This document shows, piece after piece, positions 26,390 through 37,213 of a DNA stretch of 64,000 nt (position 1 is the first letter of the stretch; the number at the start of each line of letters is the position of its first letter). The stretch is from positions 1,922,001 to 1,986,000 of the forward strand of contig NW_027117343.1 of NCBI RefSeq assembly GCF_038025025.1, given 5' to 3'. The notes under the pieces were generated by a model. It was not told the origin of the DNA. It saw only the letters and a list, made by a program, of their open reading frames with translations, and made no database searches. The DNA is from Phyllosticta citribraziliensis. Its lineage: Eukaryota. Both the position numbers and the translations under genes were made by a program.

Positions 26390-26955
26390 ATGAGCCAGTC
26401 TGACTACCAACCGGCAGGACGGCGCCCAACGGTCGCTGCATGGAATCCGGACCGCGTCATCACAGTGCGTCGAAGCGAGCAGTGGAGTTCGGACCGTGGG
26501 AATCTCTGCGTAGACGGTGTGAAAATCTCGATTGCGGTGCAGGGCTGAAGGGGGTGCTCGATTGGGTGGGAAACTTTGCCGGACCTTGACATTTCACATG
26601 GATGATGCTGCTTATCTGCATGGCATGGCATGGCATGGATGGAGCGATGGACCTTTTGACCTTTTTTTTTTTTTTTTTTTTTTTTTTCCTCTCCACTGGA
26701 CGAGAGGCCTGGATCTTTCTACCATAGATTTCGGAGACTTGTGTTGCTTGCCACTGCATACAGCATCATGGGCGTAAATATACATACAGACCAGGAGAAA
26801 CACGTTGGCTTGTCAAAGGGTCCATGGCTGGTCGTGGTGCTACCCCGCCGTGGCAGCCCCACCATTGGCCCTCTGCAAAGAATTGGCCGGCTCAGGTCGT
26901 GACTGGACCGACACCTGGACTGCATTCCACCGCTACCACCAACCTGCACTGTACC

Positions 26956-27791
26956 ATGCTCGCCCGCGCTCCCGTCCGCCAGCTTACCACGTCGCTCACT
27001 CGCATCGCCCGTCCGCGATTGATCCTCACTCCCCTCCGCCAATTTACCACCACCAGAAACATGTCTGACATGCAGAAGGTCTTCACCAACAAAGCCACCG
27101 CCCGTAAGCACCCCTCGGCTTTGTCAACCGCGTCTAGCTCCCGTTGACTAACAATCTACCTCTAGCCGTCGGCCCCTATGTACGTTTGGCCTACATTTCC
27201 CACCCCAGCAGCGGCCATCGTCGCCGCACTAATCCACTGCCCAATCTCCTCCTACATCACCCCACCCGGTGAGGCCGTCGAGCTCCGGAGCTCGGTGTCG
27301 CCAGAGTCATCAACATCAGTCAACCATGCCGACGCGCCATGCCGCTCAATTGGGCATTCCTCGATGCGATTGGAGCTGACACACAACAGTCGCAGGCCGT
27401 CGTTGCTGGCGGGCAGGTGTACGTCTCGGGCCAGATGCCCGCCGACGCGCAGGGCAACCTGGTCGAGGGCACCATTGCGCAGAAGACGGAGGCCGCGTGC
27501 AAGAACATTGTTGCCATTCTGGAGGAGGCCGGCAGCGACATTTCGCGCGTCGTCAAGGTGCGCAACCCGCTCTCACATCTTTCCTTCGATTGTTGGCAGA
27601 TAAGTGGCTGACTCTCGATTGTGACCCAGGTCAACATCTTCCTCGACGACATGGCCCACTTTGGCGAGATGAACAGCGTCTACGAGAAGTTCTTTGCCCA
27701 CAAGCCCGCGCGCAGCTGCATCGCCGCCAAGGCGCTGCCCAAGGGCATCCCCCTTGAGATTGAGTGCATTGCCCTTGCGGGCAAGGCTTAA
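26956..27791 (+). CDS. RidA/YjgF/UK114 family enamine-imine deaminase (Mmf1/Hmf1-like), 4 exons
   Basis: Exons 26956-27103, 27166-27179, 27390-27557 and 27630-27791 give PVGPYSQAV, VSGQMP, VVKVNIFL, MNSVY, KPARSC and LEIECIA. Confidence 0.93.
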
Positions 27792-28385
27792 GGTTGTAAA
27801 CGCCAATCGGAGTCTTCTAGCAGCCACGTAGTCTTGCAGTCATCAATGACACTTGAAATGAATCATGTTCGAGCAATTGGTCCCATTGCAAACACCCATA
27901 ATTGAATCAAAGTGCCAATGCAGCGAAGTGAGCGTCTTGTTGTCTCGTCATCTCTCGCCGGGTAACTTTTTTCGGAAAGGGTCCCCGCGCTTCGGCGCCG
28001 ACCCACGCCAAGCCCATTTTCCGCTGACCGCCCGACCGCTGCTTGCGCGTGTTTAGACCACCACAGCTTTTGGAGCTTCGTCCAGCATCCCAACTCACAC
28101 GCTCCCTCCCCACCTGCGTCATTGACACAGCAAATCCACCGCGAAGCGCGTTTCGAGCACGTATCGACCTCGTCCGCCCACTACACGGCCGACTCTACTG
28201 CTGCGCTCACGACACCGACTTCCGTTCTTCGCACCGCAAACCCGCGAGCAAACAGCAGCCTCCTGCACAACCCACGACGACGACGACGACGACGACAACC
28301 GCTGCCGCCGCCGCCGCCGCCGCATAGCAAACGCTTACGCCTCTGCGCCACCCCTCTCATCTCCTCAACACACCGCCTGCCTAGC

Positions 28386-29048
28386 ATGGCCGCCGCCGAC
28401 GACACACAAATGGAGCTGGACCCAGCACCAGCATCGCCGTCGTCACCCTCGCGCAACAACGCCAAACACACAACACAACAACAAGGCGTGGTGGTGGAGG
28501 CGCGCACCAAGGACGGCAGCGCGGTCGCGGTGCGGTCGATCGAGGGCTGGATCATCATCGCGACCAATGTGCACGAGGAGGCCACCGAGGAGGACGTCAC
28601 GGACCTGTTTGGCGAGTTTGGCGAGATCAAGAACTTGCATTTGAATCTGGATCGTAGGACGGGCTATGTTAAGGTGGGTTCGGCCGCTTCCTCCCCACTT
28701 CCTGCTCCCTCCTCCTCCACCACCTACACCTCCCCCTCCATCATCTCATTTTGACTGGCTGTTTGCTCTTCACTCCCCACTGACCTCACTCCCCAGGGCT
28801 ACGTGCTAATCGAATACCCGACCGTCTCCGAAGCCCGCGCCGCCATCGAGGGCGCCGACGGCAAGAAGCTGCTCGACCAGACCATCGCCGTCGACTACGC
28901 GTTCGTGCGGCCGCCACCCAAGCAGGGCGGCGCCAGGGGCGGCCCGCGACGAGGCGGTGGCGGTGCAGGTGGAAGGGGCCGCAGTCGCAGTCCGGAGGAT
29001 AGGGCTAGGAGTCGTAGTCCCGAGGGTAGGGGTAGTGATGTGGAGTAG
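28386..29048 (+). CDS. RBM8A: Exon junction complex subunit Y14 / RNA-binding protein 8A, 2 exons
   Basis: [32 protein letters not shown], and an RG/RS tail. Intron 28674-28796. Confidence 0.96.
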
Positions 29049-29271
29049 TGTCGCGATGAATGGGGATGGGGGAGTGGGAGGGGGATGGAGGGGTTGGACT
29101 GCTGCGCTGAAATGGGCTTGGACGGATGAAGACAGGCATCCTACGATGCTGACTGTCTACAGCCAGTTTGTCAGGCAAGGCAGGGCAGGCGAGGCGAGAC
29201 AATGAACGAGATGACGGAGCCAGGCGCAAAAGACACAGACCGACCAAGGAGGCGCTTTCTGGATAGCTGAG

Positions 29272-29311
29272 GTACCTACGTACCTACCTACCTACCTACC
29301 TACCTACCTAT
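29272..29311. repeat. (TACC)n microsatellite
   Basis: Run of TACC units downstream of RBM8A. Confidence 0.9.
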
Positions 29312-29559
29312 ATGCGTAGGTACATGCATACACATACGTCACTGAATCACCGAACCAACACATCAACCTCCATGTCCTGCACTCCTGTCCATCCTATCAA
29401 CAGCCGACCAGCCAGCCGGCCAGAACACGGTGCCTCAATCGCTCGATGGCGATGCTGATGCTGTCGTTTGTGCAATGATGCTGACGATGAGGTTCATGGT
29501 GCCATGATACCATGGTGCTGAGTCTCCTGCCCAGTTCTTCGCGGCTTGTGTGTGGCGAG

Positions 29560-32500
29560 GAGAGACGGACGGAGGAAAAAGTGACAAAGGCGGTCAACCA
29601 TGCAGGCGGACGGACGGACAGACAGTAGATATTGACTGACTGTGTGGCACGAATGTCGACGCTGCCATCGCTGTGATGCTGGGTTTTCTGTGGGGGAGAG
29701 AAGGGGGGTTTTTATACCCGCGTCTGCAGCGGCTGAGCTAGGGGGTCAGGAGCTCAGATGTCAGAAGCAGATATCAGGAGGTCAGATTTCAGCGGTCGGA
29801 CAGCCATCAGTCCCGCTGTCTGCCTGCGCGTGTCCCGGTCAGTGCATATAAAACCTCACTCGTCCTCCACCGACAACCTTCCATCAACAACACTGGCGGC
29901 TTGCGTGCCATCCAGCTGCGACCCGGTGGTAAACTAAGCTTCGACTGTGTCGCTCCGTCGGCTTCGCGCCTGCGGGCACCGTCACTGTTCTTGTTCTTGT
30001 TGTTGTTTCTTTCTTTCTTTTCATTTCCTGCGGAGTCAGTCAGTCAGTCTGACATTCCCCGAAGAACTTCATCACGCCACGCTGCTCCTCCTCAGCAGCG
30101 TCGCGGGACGGTGGTGCTGTGTGTCGATACTTAATGGTGCAGCTCGTTGTCGTTGCTTTGCTGAGATTTGAGTTGGCCTCAGGGGGCGGAAATGGCGGAG
30201 CAAAACAAAACAAAACTGCCTCCAAAAGTACTTCATGCAGGCGTGGTTCTGCCAACACGGGCAGATAGACAGTCAAACACTCTGACTGGGTAAGCTGTCG
30301 AACTGTCGCTGGGTGCGTTGGTTGTTGAGCGGTGAAGTAGGGGGGGAGAGGGAGGGGTTTTTATACCCCAAGTCCCAGCCACAGGTTCCGATAGACCGGG
30401 CAGCGCAGCATGTGACAGATGCGATGCGGCGAGTGCTGTGTCGGCACCTGACTGCGGTGACTGTTTGACAGGTATAAAGATCGCCACCCTCCCCTGACGG
30501 TCTTGCAATGCCAGCGCTGGAGTCGACATACATGACGACCACCCCAGAGGACTGTACTTTGTGACGAGGAAGAGAACGCCACTGTGTCTGTTGTCTTTCC
30601 GTTCCTGCTCCGCCGCCGCTCGCCATGGACTCTAGAACTCTTTCTTCTAAGTCTCAGGCTCTCTGTGGCGTTTGCACGTCGTCCATCACGTCCGCTCGTT
30701 GCTGATTGCCGCCGTTTTGCTCCGATGACGCTGTGTAGCATCTTAATCTACTGCTTCTGCCTTACTCGCAAAAAGCGCGCTCAGACTCAAAGAGGAGTCT
30801 GCTCAAGCCAGACACACCACCTCCCCAGTCCGTCTTCTGGTTGAACTTTCTTCCGCCAGCTCCCAGTGTGCTTCTGCCCACCGTCGTTTTGAGAAGTAGA
30901 GTCGGCCACGATGTCGATGCGTTCCCGTCGAGTGGGAAGAGAGAGGCTTTTATAGCAGGAAGTCGAGTTTGGAGCGCGGACGGGCCAGCCCGCTTCTAGG
31001 ATGGAGGTGTGCAATTGGCTGCAGTGTTGAGCTTGTGCTGTCAGCACTTTGACTGCGGTGCGGGTATATAAGACCACCTCCTCTCCCTCTCAAAGTGCCA
31101 GGATAGCGGCGGTCGTCTTCCAGTGGCAAGGCGAGTTCTAAGACATACTGAAACTGCTTTTTTGCTCCTCTGGAGGCTCAACCTTCTCGCGACACTCTCT
31201 GTTTTGTTGTTCTTCTGTTCCGCTTCTTTGAGATAATGTTTTGGATTTAGGGGTTCTTCATCATCTTTGCACCTCACGCTCGTCATTGTTGTGCAGTGAT
31301 GTTGCTGTGCATCCACACCACAAACTACTCTTCTGCGCGCGACTCTTTGCCTCCACTTCCCAAACACCAGAAGTACATAGGGTTTGGTCTCTTGAGCGCA
31401 CCAAACAAGTCGGGTCCCAGTGTTTCAGGTGTCCACCACAGTTACAACCCGGTGGGCCGTACAGTGCTGCGCGTCGAAGCTGGAGCCGATGAGTCTTCGA
31501 AGCGAGGAATCGACGCCCCTTTTATACAGTCTACCTCTTGTGGGCTTCACATGTAGCAAGCCTAGTATACTATCCATGTGACAGCGGTGTCACAAGTGAC
31601 GGTGGCGACGCATGTGCCGCCGCCTCTTCGACCGCGGGTATAAAAGAAGCTGTTCTGCTCTCTTTGAGGAGCAGTGTCCATGAAGTCGAAGTCCTGGCGT
31701 GGGGATGGCAAGGTGACGACGGTGGGGAGTTTGACTCTTTTCGTTCGTCGTTCGTCGCTCCGCGGCCTGTGGGTTTTGATGTCACTTCAACGCCAAAGAT
31801 TCATACTTGTCTTGTGATGATTTTGAGCATCGCCATAGCATAATGCTCCGTCGTATCTTTGGTCTCAGATATCGTTCATCGCTGTATTGCTGAAGTTAGA
31901 AGAGTGTCGGGGAAGTGAGGACGCCTCGGCGAACCCGCCCAGTGAGAGAAGTCCCGAATTTTGCGCAGAGCCGGCGCAGCGACACAGTTGATGATTCCAG
32001 GATCTTCATAGTTGAACTGGAGGTGCATCGGTGATGAGCTGATAAGGAGGTGCTCCAGTGGTCTATTTACACTCGTTGTCCAGCTGGATTCAGGATCAAG
32101 TCTGCGGCGCGTGCGAGGGCAGTCAGATGCCAGCGATGCGTCAGTCACAAGGATCTCGGACTAAACTTAGGCAGCAGGGCCAGCGCTTAGCGGTCTGGCA
32201 TGTGCTAAACGTGATTCTGCGGTCTTTGTAGGTATAAAAAGGGATGTCTTCATTCTTCCCTCTTCTCCTCCACAGCGCAGCGGTCTTCTCTCCTCCATGC
32301 GACTTGGAGTGAAGTAGAGATCACAATGCCGTTCCCTCACTGTTTTTCTGTTTGTCTTTCTTTGCTTTGTCTCTTCTAATTTGTGTTGGGAGCTTTGAGG
32401 GTTTCCATTGATCAAACGGCGCGGAAGATGTTGCGCGTCATTGTCAAGTCCTCGTAAGGTCTTTCGCCGCTTTTGGGGGCTGTTGATGCGATGAACGCAG

Positions 32501-35500
32501 ATTCCGATGTCCGGAAACTCTCGATCCCTCCCGAAAAAAAAGAAAGTCGAGGAAACGCAAGAAACACGGCCGACAAAGTCAACGAAATCTGTCATCTTTG
32601 TTCAGTTTAACCTGTGTTCCCATCAGGATTGTGTCGATAGAGCTCAAACTCTGGGCAGAGCCGGTCGCGTTTTATAGAACAGCGAACATGGGGGCGAAGT
32701 AGGTGAGAGTCAGGGGTTCAGGGGTCAGGCGACAATTTCGTCACCTGTCTTTCACAAGCCGCTGGGCTGTTCGAGTAGCTGAAGGCATGTGTTAAACCTA
32801 GCTTTCATGTGCTTGTTGGGTATATAAACACTCAATCTGTCCGCTTGCTTGTTTGCTTCTTCAACACTGTCGTCGCTAAGCTGGATGAGCAATGAGCACG
32901 CAAAGATGATACTGCGACCATATTATCCCCTTATGGCCACTCTTTCTTCTCTTTGTCCCTTCTTGGAATTCCCGCCCGCTGGTTAGCGCAGACCTCCTTC
33001 GGATCAGATCAGGGCTCTATCTCGCCGCTCGGCACGATCAAGAGATTACGACTTCCACCACTCCTAATGAATATTGCTGCTTTCCATCCCTCGAGTATAA
33101 TGAGACTCTGGAGCTTTCCGCTTAATCCAAAGGCTGAAAATTCCAGGGCACGGCCACCGCGAACACAGTGTTCATTTTGCCGAAGTCCTCCAACCAAATG
33201 CAACTCTTCACTGTCAACTTCCTGCGTAGACATGGTTGCGCAATTGGCAGTTTGCAGTGGAGATACACTTACTTTTATAGACGAAACACCGACGAGCGAC
33301 TTCTGGAAGCGCGTCACGAGTTCACGTTCCGAACTGCCCCAGTGCGCGGTCAGGGGTTCAGGATTTAGGAGTCAGCTGACGGAATCAACCGCGCCGCGCC
33401 AGATGATTCCCTTTTTTTTTTTTTTTTAAGTATAAAAGCACATTGTCCTCCCTGCCACTGTATAGAGCCTTGGAAACGCCAGGCAGAGGATTTACGTATA
33501 CTGGTCCGGCTTTGCGTTGCTTTTCGGCCAACGAGTCAGTCTCTTCATGTTCGGTACTTGTGTTTTGCTCTTGGTGTCCATCTGCTCAACTGTTCATGGC
33601 TTTCAGTCTTGTTGTCAATTCTTGTTGGTGGTGGTCGTCATCGACAACTCCAACTGCTCAACATCGCCCCCACAAAATGTCGCTGCAGATTCCATATTTT
33701 GCGGGGGAAGGCCAAATAGGCAAAACATTGATAAGCCTCCAAGACGCAAGACCAAGTAGCAGCTAGAGGTGGATTGAACAATTATACATCCGAAAAGTGA
33801 CGCATGGGCTGGGGTTTCCGCAACGCGACACAGGCCAGGAGCTGCGGCGGATGTTGGACAGATCAGGAATAACTGACAAGGCTTTATATCCAGGACGGCT
33901 GGAGCCACATGCAAAATGTAGCCCCGTCACAAGCGCTGAACTGATCAAGGGCGATTTGTGGCGGAGTCAGGGGTCAGGGGGAACATGTCATGCGGCAAGC
34001 AAACCCCATCGGCGACTCCGCGGCTACATTTCAGCAGTCTTCGTCAGCTCTGCTCAACAATACATTTTCTCTCTTGCTTCTTTGCGGGGAGACAGGACAA
34101 GCGAAAATTTTGTCCAGTTACTTTTGTCGTTTCTCGGGGCGGCGAAGGCATCGCAATCGCCTTGCTTTTTCTCAGCGGTCATTTCCATCACTTCAAACTC
34201 ATCATGAGTACATCGACTCATATGTCTTCATCTTGGCGCCATGCCGAAGTTCTGCGCTGTCTCCGAGTCGTGCACAGCCAGTGTTGAGAATTTCGCCTCC
34301 TACCCCTAAAAAGCGCAAGCAAGCCAAAGAGAAGGAAAGGTGCGTATCGATGTAACCGGAATTTACTCCCACAGTTTCCCACATGCTGTTGAGTATTCCT
34401 TCGCTGAGGGAGGCGGGTGAGTAGAGGAGGTTGAAGTGATGCAGCAAAGCCAGCGAAGCGGAGTTTTTATACCTGCGCGAAACGCTCAGGGCAAGGCGAA
34501 TCACATGCGGCGATTGATCATGATAGCGATGCCGCTGAATGGCCGTCAGGCGGCGGGAGCCGTGCTTACGCCTCTTTCTGCGAGTATAAAATGCCCCAAT
34601 CGCTCGATTTCCACTCAGTCTTCAACCAGGCATTCCGGTCTCACAAAGTCGCAACAACATAGCGTCACGGCTTGTCGCTCTGTGCCCTTTTATTTGGTCA
34701 CCTGAAACTTCAAGAACACAAGACTTTTGTTTCTCATTCCCCTACCTCCTACCCTTATGCAGCTCACACTCTTCTCGATCCCGCCATCCGCTTCTTACTC
34801 ATTCACCATTAACACTTAACGTTTGTCGACGACATTCCATCCTGGCGCTGCCATTCACCGGGAGCATTCAAACACCAACCCCAGAGAATCCCTGGAAACA
34901 TGCAAAATCAACTCCGCAGGAAACAAAAAGAACAAAGTCAGATCGTTGTAGGCGGTTTGCCGCAAAGACACAGGCGGCGCCAGTGGGTCGTCGAAGTTTG
35001 TGCTCCGCAACTTGCTCGTTGAAGTGACTTGGTGTTCAGAATGCGGCGGAAGTAGAGCGCTTTTATAGCTGCCGGCAGAGCATCCTCGCGCATGCAGTCA
35101 CAGGCAGCAGGCTGCAGCCTGTGGTGACGCATCACGAGCATTCGATCGAGGTCAGGCGCGAGGAAATGCGGCGCTCGTGCCCTCCGCCGCGAGTATTTCA
35201 GCATTGCTTTTCACCTCTCGAATCAATCCATTCCAAGCCGCGTTCCGGACTTCGAGGGATACACCACTCAACGACCGTAACACTGGCTTGCGGCTCCAGA
35301 ACACACATGTAGCAGACTTGGCTTTTCTTTTGTCTTTTCTGTTCAGTTTTCCACTCCCCATGTCTATCCAAGCTCCTGTTCCGTTTCTATTGTTGATGAG
35401 GTGCGTCAACATCGCCACATCTCGTCGAAAATCATTCTGAGCGAATCATGCCGAGATTCTGTCGACGTGGACGTTTTGACATCTACCCGCTCACCCACCG

Positions 35501-36450
35501 CGCAAAAGGCAAGTCATTAGCCATGGTGGCGGATGCTCCCACACAACCCGTCCTTCTTTCGGCATGCATCTGCAGAGCTCTGGGAGCGATGCGGATTGAC
35601 CTGGTTCATCGGCTGCAAACAGCAGGTCTCTTATACCACCCCAGCAGCGGCGATAGCATGTGCCAGCCACGAGTAACATGCTGCCAGCAGTTGCTGCACG
35701 TCAGGGGCACATGTCCTTCGCCTCCTCTCAGCATGTGGCTTTCGAATCCACGGCAGTATAAAAGCCGCATCCTCCTCTTGCTTGGATGACTACAACAAAC
35801 CGCGCAAAGGGCGCTGAGGAAGGTACTCTACGAAGATAGACACTTTGGCAAGCGGCTGCGAATGAGAACTACACTTTTCTGTCCTGTCATGTCCGCGGCA
35901 CGCACCTCATCCTTCCGCAACCCAGCCACCAGCGCAAAACCAGCGACTCGCCATTGCTCTCCCATGCCGTCAAGCACCACTCTTCCATCTTCTTTGTTGA
36001 ACGCGGTCACCACGCGCAACCCCACCCTACCATGTCTGCCATCCGCCATCCACCAAGCGCAAAAACAAGTGGATATTCAGCGATCAAACCTGCGCGGCAA
36101 ACAGTGCACTCTCCTCAGTCCTGACCTCTCCAGCTCCGGATCCAGCACAGTCAAAGCTTGATCCGCGCGAGTTCTTCAAGCGCCGGGAGAAAAGCTTGTG
36201 GAAAGAAGATGGACAACGGGGTCTTAAGGGCGTCTTAAATACTACTGTTCATCGGTGCGGTGAGCCGCGCGGCACATGCTTATCACAAACAAGACTAGAT
36301 TACCCATGCGCAATTGGCACGGGGACGCGAATCCAGACATTGGTGATTTGCATGTGGGACCGCTGGCTGGCTGCGTATATAAGCTCCCTGCTCTCCTCCT
36401 CGCTACGAAGGCAGACAGCAGAACGCAACAGAGCCGACGCAAAAGATGGC
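29560..36450. promoter_or_regulatory. Phased array of 12 divergent TATA-box pairs with ~595-bp period, probably non-coding
   Basis: Minus-strand TATA boxes start at 29716, 30365, 30954, 31526, (32071), 32676, 33279, 33888, 34471, 35067, 35635 and 36241. Plus-strand boxes start at 29847, 30473, 31065, 31639, 32233, 32821, 33431, (34025), 34585, (35194), 35757 and 36376. Brackets mark degenerate sites. No credible protein gene in the interval. Confidence 0.8.
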
Positions 36451-36782
36451 AACGAGAAAAAGGGAACTTTGGCGTGGGCGGAAAATGACGCGATCGATTA
36501 CTTCCCGGTTTGCTTGGGAGGTGAAGACCTTTACTGCGGTGCTCGTGTCGTGTGGCAGTCCTCAGGTAGAGAAATTCAGCGGATGCTGCTTAGCAGCATC
36601 GTCATCAAAACAATCTGAGCACCACCATTTTGGACTGGCAGTGCACCACATCATCGTCGCTGATAGCGTGGAGTAAGGGGGCGGGCTTGACGTACACGAG
36701 GTGCCTGCTCTGGAACAGGGAATTGAGGGGAAAGAAAAGACAAGACAATGGTCCGAGTTTGTTTGAATCCACACAGACAGCT

Positions 36783-36826
36783 TCCGTCCAACGCCATGCT
36801 GTTATCCGTCCAACGCCATGCTGTTA
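36783..36826. repeat. Perfect 22-bp tandem duplication
   Basis: TCCGTCCAACGCCATGCTGTTA at 36783-36804 and 36805-36826. Confidence 0.95.
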
Positions 36827-37213
36827 TTCTTTCCCTGGTTTCAGGGCTGGAGGAATGCCACGAGAGGCTCCACCATCGAAGACAGAAGCGGAGGCGCCTC
36901 GTATGCAACCCAAACTCAACAGGCTTTGTCCGGCCCCGAAAATGGAGTAAGTGACGTCCAGTCTGTTCGGATAAGCCTCTCCCGTCTCTCAGCCAAGTTT
37001 TGAACGTCCAGCTAGGACCGATACATTTGCCGTTGTCTGACAGAACACGATTCGTCCATTCTCGGTGCCCTCACGAATCCATTCGAAGCCCACCTCAAGA
37101 TCTTAAATCCGTCCAAAACATAAACCGGTTCCCCTTTGATCAATTTATGACCCAAAAAGCGAAAGGAAACAGACTGTATGCATAAAGAGAGCCAAATCAA
37201 TTGTTTCGAAGCA

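Noticed and set aside
26662..26687. Poly-T run and other microsatellites (e.g. CAGG at ~48421, GTTCA at ~55274)
   Set aside because: Ordinary simple repeats common in this genome's intergenic DNA.
27180..27389. Longer RidA intron with palindrome GAGCTCCGGAGCTC as a snoRNA host
   Set aside because: No well-placed C/D or H/ACA boxes could be identified by eye.
29560..36450. Array read as CRISPR, tRNA cluster or small-peptide gene family
   Set aside because: No conserved direct repeat or cas genes; no cloverleaf or consistent A/B boxes seen; short ORFs after the TATA boxes (e.g. MPALESTYMTTTPEDCTL, MRLGVK) share no similarity.
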